Origin: Sedimentisphaerales bacterium
GTDB taxonomy: Bacteria; Planctomycetota; Phycisphaerae; Sedimentisphaerales; Anaerobacaceae
Assembly (NCBI GenBank): GCA_963708075.1
Contig: OY970194.1
Coordinates: 5,728,001 to 5,792,000 of the forward strand
Reading direction: 5' to 3'
DNA: 64,000 nucleotides
Every line of letters starts with the position of its first letter. The stretch's first letter is position 1. The notes below the pieces were generated by a model. It saw nothing but the letters and a program-made list of their open reading frames with translations. It made no database searches and was not told where the DNA came from. This document shows positions 9,446 through 19,682 of this stretch, piece by piece. Position numbers and translations under genes: made by a program.

Positions 9446-10168
9446 TCATCCATTATCAATCAAAGTGCCCACCTGCTCGCCGCAGATCGCCTTCGTGATA
9501 TTGCCCTTCTTGAAGATGTTCAAGACGATGATCGGGATGCTCTTGTTGCGGCACAAGCTGATCGCCGCGTGATCCATGATCCGCAGGCCTTGCTTAAGCA
9601 CATCATCGTACGAGAGTCTCGTCAGGAGCGTCGCCTGCGGGTTCTTCTTGGGATCGTCGCTATAGACCCCTTCCACCTTCGTGGCCTTGATCAGTACATC
9701 GGCATCGAGTTCCGAGGCCCGCAAGGCGGCGCAGGTATCGGTGGTGAAGAACGGGTTGCCTGTCCCGCCGGCCAGAATCACGACGCGCCCGCGTTCGAGG
9801 TGGCGCATCGCTCTTCGCCGGATGAACGGCTCGCACATGGCGGAAACCTCGATGGCGCTCATGACCCGCGTTGGCAGGCTAAGCTTCTCCAGGGTCTCCT
9901 GCAGGGCGCAGGCATTGATGATCGTGGCCAGCATGCCCATGTAATCGGCCGTGGTGCGCGGGATATGGCTCTTCTGGGAAAATGTCTCGCCGCGGATGAA
10001 GTTGCCGGCGCCGACGACGATGGCTACCTGTGGGCCGAGCTTGCAGACATCCACGATCCGTTCCGCGATGGATTCCAGGGATGGACCGTCAATGCCAAAA
10101 TCACCAGGCTTGCAGAAGCTTTCGCCCGAAAGCTTGAGCAGAACCCGGTTGTACCTGCATTCTGCCAT
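9446..10168 (-). CDS. pyrH: UMP kinase
   Basis: RVLLKLSGE, DYMGMLAT, GTGNPFFTTDT. Confidence 0.97.
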   Translation of the reverse strand: MAECRYNRVLLKLSGESFCKPGDFGIDGPSLESIAERIVDVCKLGPQVAIVVGAGNFIRGETFSQKSHIPRTTADYMGMLATIINACALQETLEKLSLPTRVMSAIEVSAMCEPFIRRRAMRHLERGRVVILAGGTGNPFFTTDTCAALRASELDADVLIKATKVEGVYSDDPKKNPQATLLTRLSYDDVLKQGLRIMDHAAISLCRNKSIPIIVLNIFKKGNITKAICGEQVGTLIDNG

Positions 10169-10183
10169 TGAGTCCCTGAACCG

Positions 10184-11050
10184 TTAGCCGACTTCGAATC
10201 TGACAAACCGCTTGATGCTGGCCTTGCCGCCGGCCTGTTTGGCTGCCTCGTTCAGGACCTGCTCCACCGTCTTGGTGTCGTCCTTCACAAAAGGCTGCTG
10301 CATCAGGCAGTAATCGGCATAGAACTTCTTCATCTTGCCTTCGACGATGCGTTTGACGATCTCGGGAGGCTTATTCTGCACCTGTTCGGCGTAGATGACC
10401 TGCTCCCGCTCTACCAGTTGCGGGTCGAGGCTCTGGATATCCAGCGCCAGTGGTTTGCTTGCGGTGATGTGCATGGCGAAATCGGAGGCCGCCTGTTTGA
10501 TGGACGCAGAGGCAGCGACCTTTTCATCGCTGGTGTCGATCTGGACCATGCTGCCGACCTTGTGGTTGAAGTGCACGTAGATACCGATGATCCCGGCGCC
10601 TTCGAGCTTGAACCGCACGTAATCGCCGACCTGCATCTTCTCGCCGGTCTTGCTGATGCCTTCCGTGACGATCTCCTGGAAGTCCCGTCCGCCGATCACC
10701 GTCTGCAGAAGGCCCTCAGGCCCCTGAGCGCTCCCGGCGGAGGCCATGTAATCGCGGATTGCATCGACCATGGCCAGGAAGCCGTCGCTCCTGGCGACGA
10801 AATCGGTTTCGCAGCACAGGGTTGCCAGCGCCGCCGACTTGCCATCCGGGCTCTGCCAGGACACGACCGCGCCTTCGGAAGTCTCGCGTTCGGCTCGCTT
10901 GGCCAGCGTGGCCAATCCCTTCTTGCGGAGAATCTCCATGGCTTTGTCCATGTCACCGTTGGCTTCCTCCAGGGCTTTCTTGCAATCCATCATGCCCTGT
11001 CCCGACATCTTTCGCAGTTTTACTACTGTTCCTGCTGAGATTTCCGCCAT
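10184..11050 (-). CDS. tsf: Elongation factor Ts
   Basis: VVKLRKMSGQGMMDCKKAL, CETDFVAR, RFVRFEVG. Confidence 0.97.
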   Translation of the reverse strand: MAEISAGTVVKLRKMSGQGMMDCKKALEEANGDMDKAMEILRKKGLATLAKRAERETSEGAVVSWQSPDGKSAALATLCCETDFVARSDGFLAMVDAIRDYMASAGSAQGPEGLLQTVIGGRDFQEIVTEGISKTGEKMQVGDYVRFKLEGAGIIGIYVHFNHKVGSMVQIDTSDEKVAASASIKQAASDFAMHITASKPLALDIQSLDPQLVEREQVIYAEQVQNKPPEIVKRIVEGKMKKFYADYCLMQQPFVKDDTKTVEQVLNEAAKQAGGKASIKRFVRFEVG

Positions 11051-11107
11051 TTCATCAACTCCCGTTTCTGTGCTTCACAAGTTATCTGCCGTCTATCGCA
11101 GGTTATG

Positions 11108-11998
11108 TCAAGGTTGCTGCGCCCCGGCCGTCTGCTCCCCTTGTTGCGGAGGGGCGTTCTCTTCCGGCGGAAGGTGCTGTTCTTCGCTCTCTACCGTCTC
11201 TTCGCTGACCGTCGCGACCGCGGAGGGCTCTCTGCCGTCTGCACGCGCCATGGTGGGCCGTCTGGGCCTGACGCGTCGCGGAGGCCGCGGGCTGGTTTCC
11301 TGCTGGCGGGTGGAAACCATCGTCTTGCCGATCGCCACCGCATCCGCCAGCTCGTTAAGAATAATCTCCACGGCCCGGATCGAGTCATCATTGGCGGGAA
11401 TGGCCACATCCACTGTATCGGGGTCCGAATCAGTATCCAGAATACCCACCGTCGGGATTCCCAGTTTGCCGGCCTCTCGCAGGGCCAGGTATTCCTTCTT
11501 GGCATCGACGACAATGACCGCCCCCGGCAGGCGAGTCATTTTTCGCACGCCGTCCAGGTTCGTCCGGATCTTGCGCATCTCTCGTTTGAGCCGGGAGGCC
11601 TGCTTCTTGCTCTCAGACTCCAGCGTTCCATCCTGCTCCATCGCTTCCAACTGCTCCAGACGCTGAAGACGCGAGCGGATGGTTCGGAAGTTTGTCAGCA
11701 TGCCGCCAAGCCATCGCTCCGACACGAAGTGCATACCGCACCGATTCGCCGCTGCTTCCACGGCCTTCTGTGCCTGACGCTTCGTCCCGACGAAGACGAC
11801 ATCACTGCCCGACGAGACGACCTCGGCGAGCAACTTCTTGGCGATCAGTATGCCCCGGAGGGTCTGCTTCACATCGATGATGTGAATGTTGCCCCGCTTG
11901 GCAAAGATGAAAGGAGCCATCTTCGGATTCCACCGGCTGACGCCGTGTCCGAAGTGCACTCCCGCATTAATAAGTTCCCGCGCCAACTGTTTAGCCAC
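11108..11998 (-). CDS. rpsB: 30S ribosomal protein S2 with disordered C-terminal tail
   Basis: AGVHFGH, WNPKM, RWLGGMLTNF, IPANDDSIRA; GTG start with GGAGGT SD. Confidence 0.97.
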   Translation of the reverse strand: MAKQLARELINAGVHFGHGVSRWNPKMAPFIFAKRGNIHIIDVKQTLRGILIAKKLLAEVVSSGSDVVFVGTKRQAQKAVEAAANRCGMHFVSERWLGGMLTNFRTIRSRLQRLEQLEAMEQDGTLESESKKQASRLKREMRKIRTNLDGVRKMTRLPGAVIVVDAKKEYLALREAGKLGIPTVGILDTDSDPDTVDVAIPANDDSIRAVEIILNELADAVAIGKTMVSTRQQETSPRPPRRVRPRRPTMARADGREPSAVATVSEETVESEEQHLPPEENAPPQQGEQTAGAQQP

Positions 11999-12369
11999 AA
12001 ATACCTCCAAATCACCTCTGAATACATTACCTGCGATATAGAGACGGCGAAATTTCAAGAAATTACCCGAAACGCCCAATACTGTCAAGCAGTATTTATA
12101 GCGATAATTTAGCGGCAGACAGTCCTCATGTCTACCCTATGCCGTCCGCTGGCGGACGGCAGGACAGGGGTACAAGCTTCTGGTGTTCACAGTACGGCTG
12201 TTCGTGTCCGTGTGTGCTTGTGAATTGCAGATTGCCCTATAAGAACGGGTTTTTGTGCGTAGAAACGGCCATTGGCGTAGCCGCGATGTGCCGGCAGGCA
12301 TCCGAGTCCATTGTGGTGATTAGCTGCCCGCCTCACCACGGCATGTTCGGCTGCTGCCGGCGCCAAGCC

Positions 12370-12849
12370 TCAATACCATACGGTGATGAGGATACTCGGC
12401 TCAGTCTTCTTATCCACAATCTCACCGGTGACGGCATTGGTGCGTTTGATGACGACGCCCGGGTTATCCTTAAGCCAGGCCGTGATCTGATCGTCCATGA
12501 ATTTGATGGCGCCCGGATGGAGCTTGGTAAAGAAGGTCTTACAGTTCGCAATCCGTGCGGCAGGTGCAGGGCCCGCCGCGACCGGTTTCCTGATGGGCAT
12601 CTGCGGCGCCTGGGCCCTTGGCGCGGGCGTTGGCGCTACGGCATGCGCGGCCGGAGCCGCCGGGCTCACTGCCACGGGGCTTGCCACTGGTGTGCCTGTC
12701 CCACCCAGATTCAGGGGAGCACGAGAGATCGGCGGCGCATTGCCGGCCGGGTTTTCCTTCACAGCCGCAGGACTGCCGGGGCCATTCGGCACGGGGATGG
12801 GCTTGCCGGAATTGTCGCTGTGAGAGCTGTTATTGGCCAAGTTGTCCAT
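12370..12849 (-). CDS. Hypothetical protein: Pro/Ala-rich N-terminus plus compact C-terminal domain
   Basis: GGAGG SD; C-terminus CKTFFTKLHPGAIKFMDDQITAWLKDNP...ITVWY. Confidence 0.7.
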   Translation of the reverse strand: MDNLANNSSHSDNSGKPIPVPNGPGSPAAVKENPAGNAPPISRAPLNLGGTGTPVASPVAVSPAAPAAHAVAPTPAPRAQAPQMPIRKPVAAGPAPAARIANCKTFFTKLHPGAIKFMDDQITAWLKDNPGVVIKRTNAVTGEIVDKKTEPSILITVWY

Positions 12850-13009
12850 AGGTCATGCCTCCAAACGGGGTAGCACGTACGTCAGACACGAAACGTTCAC
12901 AGGGCCGCTCGGCGATCGGGAGGGATCTCAGCCCTGCTTCTGCTCTTTGGCCTTACGGGTATCCGCTCGGGACTCTTGAGCCTTCTACTCAGCCGGTTTC
13001 GGCTGTTCA

Positions 13010-14887
13010 CTAATCTTGCTGTTGAAACGAAGCCTGCTCCCTGGGGGCGTCCGCCTTCGGCTGCGGAGGCTGCGCTTCGGGCGCCTCCGCCTTCGGTTGC
13101 GCCGGCTGCTCCTTGGGGGCATCCGCCTTCGGTTGCGGCGCTGGTGCCTTGGGCGCCTCCGGTTTCGGCTGCGGAGGCTGCTCTTTCGGAGCTTCGGCCT
13201 TCTGCGGCGCCGGCGGCTCCGTCTTTGGCGGATCGGTCTTTTCTTTATTCTCCGCCGGTATGACCTTGGGAGGCTCAGGCTGGCTCTTCGCTTGCGCAGC
13301 CTGATCCTTGGCTTGTTTGGCCTCGGTAGCCGCCTTCTGTGCCTCCGTCCTGGCTTCCTCGGCCTTCGAGGTCGCCGCTTCCACCTTTGTGCCCATTTCC
13401 TGCACTTTGACTTTCGCCCGCTCGAGCTCCGCCTGCAGGTCTTCGATCTGCTGGCCCGATTCCATGGACTCCAGGCGAGTCATCGTCACTTGGGACTCGT
13501 ACTCCAGTCTCGCCTCGCGAGCGTTGTCGAGCTGACGCTGCTGCTCCTGCTCGCGGGCTTTGATGCCCAGCGGGTCCATCATCTTTTCCTGGAACGACTG
13601 ATTCATCGGCGAGGAGTGGCGCTCGCGGAGGAACTGGACCATTTCCGCGTTCGGCTTGCCGCCCGAGGAGATCGTGGGCGTGAGAATGAAAATGACTTCC
13701 TTGGCCCGCTCTTCAAAGTCTCTGCCGGAGAATAGCAGGTTCAGGATTGGGATATCTTTCAGAATCGGCACGCCACGGACCACGTCGCGCTTCTCCGTCT
13801 TGCGGATGCCGCCGATGATGAGGCTCTCGCCGTGACGGATGCGGTTGTCGTCTGTGGTGATCTGCCGCTCGGTCACGATGGGCAACTGCTTGATACCTTC
13901 CGGCGTCAGGTACGCGCCGATCTGGGCCTCCGTCTTGAGGCTGATGGAGCCATCGGCAAAGGCATGGGGCGTGATCTTCAGCGCATCGATGATGTCGTAG
14001 TACTCGGTCCTTGTCTCGATGAAGGAACTGTCACCGTATCCGCCCCGGAGGAACACCTGCTGCAGGGGCACGTGCTCTTTGGCCGTGATTTCGGCCGATT
14101 GGCCGTTCACGACTGACAGCGTGGGGTTCATGAGGATTTTCAGGTAACCTCGCGAAACGAGGATATCGACGAGGGCTTCGACCCTGTGTCCCTCGTCGCC
14201 GCGGCTGACGCCGATCTTCAGGCCAAACTTCTCGCGGGCCGGATCGCGAAGGGCTGCCCCCGGAAATGCAGGCAGCACGGCGCCGGAGTCCGCGTCGATC
14301 TTGCCGCCTATCACCACCCCCTCGCCGAAGAGATTTTGGACGAGAAGCGTCGTCTCGCGGTCCATCGTCAGGTCGGCGTACAGCTCCGAGACCATGCACT
14401 CGATGCGGACCTGGATCGGCGGCACGTCCGCTATCTCGATCAACTCCAGAACGGCATCGATGTCGGCCTCGAACGGAGCCCGCACAATGATCTGATTCGT
14501 CTGCGGACTGGCGCTGATCGTGTAGTCCTGGACGGTTGTCGACTGGCCCTTCTCGTTGAACACTCTGGCCGCAAACTGCTCGCTGACAAGCATCTTGATC
14601 TGCTCGGCCTTGAGGTACTTGGCAAAGTAGAAGAGTTTCCATTCCTCGGCCCCGCCGACGATTTGTTTGACCTTCTTGGGAGGAACCTTATAGATGCTGG
14701 GAATGGCAAGATTGGCGTCGGGGACCTCTTCAATGGTGCTGAGGTTGCGCAGAATGTTCTGGGCTTCGATCGCTGTGGCTCGCTCATCCGGCCAGTCGTG
14801 GCAGCCGGACAGGCATAGCGATCCCAGAAAAAGAAAAGCCACAAACAGTCCCCGTGTGCGGCTGGTCATGTGGCTCTTGTTCCCCAT
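13010..14887 (-). CDS. Secretin (GspD/PulD-like) lipoprotein with C-terminal coiled coil and Pro-rich repeats; start uncertain
   Basis: Lipobox LSGC; TNQIIVR, QVRIECMVSE, HGESLIIGG, GVPILKDIPILNLLF, EVIFILTP secretin motifs. Confidence 0.85.
   Translation of the reverse strand: MGNKSHMTSRTRGLFVAFLFLGSLCLSGCHDWPDERATAIEAQNILRNLSTIEEVPDANLAIPSIYKVPPKKVKQIVGGAEEWKLFYFAKYLKAEQIKMLVSEQFAARVFNEKGQSTTVQDYTISASPQTNQIIVRAPFEADIDAVLELIEIADVPPIQVRIECMVSELYADLTMDRETTLLVQNLFGEGVVIGGKIDADSGAVLPAFPGAALRDPAREKFGLKIGVSRGDEGHRVEALVDILVSRGYLKILMNPTLSVVNGQSAEITAKEHVPLQQVFLRGGYGDSSFIETRTEYYDIIDALKITPHAFADGSISLKTEAQIGAYLTPEGIKQLPIVTERQITTDDNRIRHGESLIIGGIRKTEKRDVVRGVPILKDIPILNLLFSGRDFEERAKEVIFILTPTISSGGKPNAEMVQFLRERHSSPMNQSFQEKMMDPLGIKAREQEQQRQLDNAREARLEYESQVTMTRLESMESGQQIEDLQAELERAKVKVQEMGTKVEAATSKAEEARTEAQKAATEAKQAKDQAAQAKSQPEPPKVIPAENKEKTDPPKTEPPAPQKAEAPKEQPPQPKPEAPKAPAPQPKADAPKEQPAQPKAEAPEAQPPQPKADAPREQASFQQQD
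13035..13260 (-). repeat. Coding tandem repeat (~39 bp / 13 aa, PQPKAEAPKEQPA-like) in the secretin tail
   Basis: Recurrent CCGCCTTCGGYTGCG units; protein PQPKPEAPK, PQPKADAPK, AQPKAEAPE, PQPKADAPR. Confidence 0.75.
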
Positions 14888-15101
14888 AGGTGTTCCAGTC
14901 GGTTCTTTGACGACGCACAATCAGTGTTCTTCTACCCCTCGAACCTCCTTTCACGCAGGTAGACGGCAGTGTTATCTATTGTATTGCAGCTATTATTATC
15001 GTCAAGGCCGTTTTCTTTGGATTAGCGAAAATGAACCTTTTCACTTTACCCATCTTAAAGATGTTAGACACAATATCACTTTCTTGCTAAGATGGGCTTT
15101 C

Positions 15102-16469
15102 ATGACACGGAAAACGCGAAGACCCCTGACTGTCGGGTTCATTGCCCTGGGCTGTCCGAAGAACCTCGTCGACAGCGAGAGAATGCTGGCGCAGATTGCG
15201 CAGGCGGGCTTGCTCATTGCCGCAGAGCCGGAGCAGGCGGATATCGTCATCATCAACACCTGCGGTTTCATCGCGCCGGCGAAGGAGGAATCCCTCGACG
15301 CCATCCGACAAGCCGTAAGGGCCAAGAGGAAGGGACGCGTCCACAAGGTGATTGTCGCGGGCTGTCTGTCCCAACGTGAGGGCGCCGAGTTGCTCAATGA
15401 GGTCCAGGGCATTGATGCGATCGTCGGCCTCGAGCAGCGTGACGCGATCGTGCAGATTATCCAGGATACGCTGAGCGCGGCGAAGCCGGCAGCCTATCTT
15501 GGGCCCGTGCCATGCACGGTGGCGGACGACCGGACCAGATTGCGCATCGGTCCTGCCCATTCCGCCTACCTGCGGGTCAGCGAAGGATGCAATCATCGGT
15601 GTTCCTTCTGCACGATCCCGGCGATTCGCGGGCCATACCGAAGCAAGCCCGTGCCACAGATTCTCGACGAGGCGCAGGAACTGGTCTCCTCCGGGACGGT
15701 AGAGCTGAATCTCATCGGGCAGGACACCACGGTGTATGGGCGGGACCTGGGGATGCAGGATGGACTCGTCTCTTTGCTCGCGCAAGTCGAGCAGATTCCT
15801 GATCTTACGTGGATTCGCATCCTCTACGCCTATCCTACCGGCATCACCGATGCTCTTATCGAGACCATCGCCCGGAGCCAAAAGATCGTTCATTACCTCG
15901 ACATCCCCATCCAGCACGCCAGTGACGCGATTCTCAAGGCCATGCGGCGGCCCGACACCAATCTGCGGCTCAGAAAGCTCGTGGAGACCCTCCATGTGGC
16001 TATTCCGGACATTGTGCTGCGAACCACGCTGATTGTGGGATTCCCGGGGGAGACGCAAAAGGAGTTCGAGGAGCTTGTCGAGTTCGTCAAGTGTGCGCAG
16101 TTCGATGCCCTCGGGGTGTTCACGTTCTACCCGGAGCCCGGGACGCCGGCAGCTCAATTTCCGGATCAGGTGCCCGATGAGGTCAAGCAGGCCCGTCTGG
16201 AGGAGCTGATGTTGACACAGCAGGAGATTGCGTTCGCCAGGAACGAGCGGCGTATCGGCAGCGAGCTCCTGTGCCTGATCGACTCCGTGGAACGTCGCGA
16301 CACCGCCCGCGGGCGGTTCTATGGCCAGGCGCCGGATGTTGACAGCGTTTGCCTTGTCAAAGGTTGCTCCCCGGCTCGACGCGGCTTACCCAAGTTGACG
16401 CCGGGACAATTTGCCCGGGTCAAGGTCACTGGGACACAGGATTACGATCTGCTCGTCGAGCAAATTTGA
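15102..16469 (+). CDS. rimO: Ribosomal protein S12 methylthiotransferase
   Basis: LGCPKNLVDSE, NTCGFI, SEGCNHRCSFCTIP, C-terminal TRAM-like region. Confidence 0.95.
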   Translation: MTRKTRRPLTVGFIALGCPKNLVDSERMLAQIAQAGLLIAAEPEQADIVIINTCGFIAPAKEESLDAIRQAVRAKRKGRVHKVIVAGCLSQREGAELLNEVQGIDAIVGLEQRDAIVQIIQDTLSAAKPAAYLGPVPCTVADDRTRLRIGPAHSAYLRVSEGCNHRCSFCTIPAIRGPYRSKPVPQILDEAQELVSSGTVELNLIGQDTTVYGRDLGMQDGLVSLLAQVEQIPDLTWIRILYAYPTGITDALIETIARSQKIVHYLDIPIQHASDAILKAMRRPDTNLRLRKLVETLHVAIPDIVLRTTLIVGFPGETQKEFEELVEFVKCAQFDALGVFTFYPEPGTPAAQFPDQVPDEVKQARLEELMLTQQEIAFARNERRIGSELLCLIDSVERRDTARGRFYGQAPDVDSVCLVKGCSPARRGLPKLTPGQFARVKVTGTQDYDLLVEQI

Positions 16470-16507
16470 TATTGAAGCGAGTCGCGGGCCTCAGTAAACT
16501 CTCGGCC

Positions 16508-17107
16508 ATGTGGAAACATGTGCCGAACATCCTGACTTTCATACGCCTGGGCATGACCTTCGTTTTCCTGGGCATGATTCTCTATTCTCCGCACGTGGCG
16601 AACCACTCGTTCTTTCTGGATGTCGCCTTCGCCATCTTCGTCGTGGCCGGCCTGACGGACGTGATCGATGGGCACGTGGCCCGGCATTTCAACGCATCGA
16701 GCAAGTTCGGCCGGATAATCGATCCCCTCGTCGATAAAGTCCTGGTCTGCGGCGCTTTCATCTGTTTCGCGATCATCGGTATCCCCAAGCTCTTCAACTG
16801 GGGCCAGACGACGCTGGCCATCGTGCACTGGCTGGTCGCAGGGATTCTCATCCTGCGGGAGACCTATGTCACGGTTCTGCGTCAGATGGCCGAGGCGCGA
16901 GGCATCAACTTCGCCGCGGTGATATCCGGCAAGATCAAGATGTTCGTCCAGACCTTTGCGATCGGGACCGTGATCATCAAGACGGCGCACGTGCCGGACG
17001 CCCTGTGGGGGCAATGGTTTACCCTGATTACATTCGCGGCGATGATCGCCATCACCGTGTATTCCGGCCTGGACGCGACACGGCGGACCAAAGCCGTGCA
17101 GAGCTGA
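16508..17107 (+). CDS. pgsA: CDP-diacylglycerol--glycerol-3-phosphate 3-phosphatidyltransferase
   Basis: PNILTFIR, TDVIDGHVAR, FGRIIDPLVDK, GKIKM. Confidence 0.9.
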   Translation: MWKHVPNILTFIRLGMTFVFLGMILYSPHVANHSFFLDVAFAIFVVAGLTDVIDGHVARHFNASSKFGRIIDPLVDKVLVCGAFICFAIIGIPKLFNWGQTTLAIVHWLVAGILILRETYVTVLRQMAEARGINFAAVISGKIKMFVQTFAIGTVIIKTAHVPDALWGQWFTLITFAAMIAITVYSGLDATRRTKAVQS

Positions 17108-17122
17108 CTGGTAGGAGTGATT

Positions 17123-19349
17123 ATGAGAAGCCCCGCGCTTTCCCGAGCCGCACTGATTCTGTCCCTTCTCATCCCCTGTGTCACGGTTTCCCTGTGGGCG
17201 GCGCCTCAGGCGGATCAGGCCGCCGCAGGCGAGTTCCTGCCTCCGCTGCCCGAGGGCAAGAGCTGGCAACTGGCCTGGAGCGACGAATTTGACGGCAAGG
17301 CCGTGGACCAGGCCAAGTGGGAATTGTGCGGTGACTGGAAACGTCGCGACGGTTTCTGGGTCAAAGAGGATGCCTACACTGATGGCGAGGGCCACCTGAT
17401 TCTTCGCACGAAGAAGGATGGAGATCGGTACACGTGCGGCTCGGTCCGCACGCGAGGCAAGTTCGAGCATCGCTACGGCTACTGGGTCTGCCGGTGCAAA
17501 TTCCCCACGCAGCAGGGACACTGGCCCGCCTTCTGGCTCTATGCGAACAGCGTTGGCAAGGTCGGTGACGACGGGCGCGACGGCACCGAGATCGACATCA
17601 TGGAAAAGCCCTGGCTCGACGATCGCACGACACAGAACCTGCACTGGGACGGCTATGGCAAGGAGCACAAGAGCGACGGTACCAAGTTCACGGTGCCGGG
17701 CCTGAGCGAGGGCTGGCACACGTTCGGCCTGCTCTGGACACCCGAGGAGTACGTGTTCTACGTCGATGGCAAAGAGAACCTGGCGCAGCAGCGCCGGCGG
17801 CGTCTCCCAGGTGCCGCAGTACGCCAAGCTTACCGAGGAAATCGGCACGTGGGCCGGCGACATCAAGCAAGCCGCTCTGCCCGATTACTTTGTCGTTGAT
17901 TACGTGCGGGTCTATGATCCCGTCGATGGAGCGAAGCCTATAGCGGACGAGAAGAGAGACTTGATCCTTCGCGCGGCCAATGTCCGGCCGTCGCCGCAGC
18001 AGCTTGCCTGGCAGCAGTTGGAGTTCATCGGGTTCATCCATTACACGGTGAACGCCTTCACGGACAAGGAGTGGGGCGAGGGCACCGAGGACCCGAAAAT
18101 CTTCAATCCCAGCCAGCTTGACGTTCGGCAGTGGGTCAAGACCTGCAAGGATGCGGGGATGAAGATGGTCATCCTCACAGCCAAGCATCACGACGGCTTT
18201 TGCCTGTGGCCCAGCAAGTACACGGAGCATTCGGTCAAGAACAGCCCGTACAAGAACGGCAAAGGGGACATTGTCGGCGAGTTGGCCCAAGCCTGCCGCG
18301 AGGTCGGCTTGAAGCTTGGACTGTATCTATCCCCGTGGGACCGCCACGAACCGACTTACGGCGACACGGAGGGCTACAACCGGTTCTATAAGAACCAGTT
18401 GCGGGAAATCCTCACGAACTACGGCGAGGTCACGGAGGTCTGGTTTGATGGCGCCAAGGGCGAGAATGCGAAGGACATGGAGTACGACTGGGCCGGCTAC
18501 TATGCCATCGTCCGCGAGCTCCAGCCCAATGCCGTTATCTTCAACGGGCCCGACATCCGCTGGGTGGGCAACGAGCGAGGCTACGCCCGCGAGAGCGAGT
18601 GGAGCGTGGTCAACAGCAACGGCTCACTGTTCGGCATCGTCAACTGCACCGCCAAGGACATCGGCAGCCTCGACGCCCTGGGCAAGGGCGAACGCCTGGT
18701 CTGGTATCCCGCGGAGACGGATGTCTCCATCCGCCCGGGCTGGTTCTACCATGCCAGGGAGGATGACAAGGTCAAATCCGTCGAGCAACTGCTCGATATC
18801 TACTTCAGCTCCGTCGGCTATAACAGCGTGCTGCTGCTGAATCTGCCGCCGGACAGGCGTGGCCTGATCCACGAAAATGACGTGCAGCGGCTCCGCGAGT
18901 TCCGCAAAGTGCGCGACGCCATCTTCGATGAGAATCTGGCTGCCGGCGCGAAGGCGACAGCGTCAAATGTCCGAGCGAACGATCCCGCGTTCGCCGCCGA
19001 CAGGATCACCGACGGCGACAGGGACACATATTGGACCACCGACGACTGGACCACGGCCGCAACGGTCGAGCTTGATCTAGGCAAATCCTGCACGTTTAAC
19101 GTGGTGGAATTGGCCGAGTACATCAAGGCCGGGCAGCGCATTTCCGGATTCGCCCTCGACGCCTGGGACGGCGTCGCCTGGAAGGAATTCGCCCACGGCA
19201 CGACGGTCGGCTACAAGCGGCTGGTCCGCTTCAACGACGTGACGACCCGGAAGGTCCGCCTGCGAATCCTGGACAGCCGGGTCTGCCCCACGCTCAGCGG
19301 CTTCGGCCTGTATCACGCCCCATCGACCAAAGAGATCCTTGGCCGTTGA
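17123..19349 (+). CDS. Secreted GH16 + GH29 alpha-L-fucosidase + F5/8 (CBM32-like) fusion; +1 frameshift at ~17778, probable sequence error
   Basis: WSDEFDG, WPAFWL, EIDIME (GH16); TAKHHDGFCLWPS, WFDGA, ETDVSIRPGWFY (GH29); removing one A joins the frames as YVDGKETWRS. Confidence 0.85.
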
Positions 19350-19374
19350 GCGCGCGGGCCACGAAGCAATCCTT

Positions 19375-19584
19375 TCAGAGGACGGCCTCGATCATCTCGC
19401 GAGTGACGATGACCTTCCCCTCCTCGCACACGGCGCACCTGTGGACGATCCGCGCGGGCAGGTCCCGGCCGGCCGCGATCGGACCGCCGTAGATCACCAC
19501 GTCCGATCCGATCACGTCCTCCAGATCGATCTCATTCTCATGCTGCCCCGGCCCCGTGCACAGGACCTTGATGATTTTCGCCAT
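19375..19584 (-). CDS. Small hypothetical protein, possible zinc ribbon
   Basis: 69 aa; CTGPGQH and CAVC motifs; GC3-rich codons. Confidence 0.55.
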   Translation of the reverse strand: MAKIIKVLCTGPGQHENEIDLEDVIGSDVVIYGGPIAAGRDLPARIVHRCAVCEEGKVIVTREMIEAVL

Positions 19585-19682
19585 TTACGTGTTCCCAACA
19601 ATATAGACTTATGACATTCCTCTTCGATTCGCACGTCATCTCGCATCGAAGGTGATGGATTCAGAACTCAGCAGATAAGCGA

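Noticed and set aside
12140..12161. 10-bp hairpin TGCCGTCCGC/GCGGACGGCA upstream of rpsB as a regulatory RNA
   Set aside because: Isolated hairpin with no U-tract or recognisable leader motif; function cannot be assigned.
14694..15101. N-terminal extensions in the ORF track (rimO; also yjbQ 2317, rpsB 12088, trxA 37335, pgsA 16349)
   Set aside because: They overlap other genes or promoter regions; family homology or SD position supports the downstream starts.
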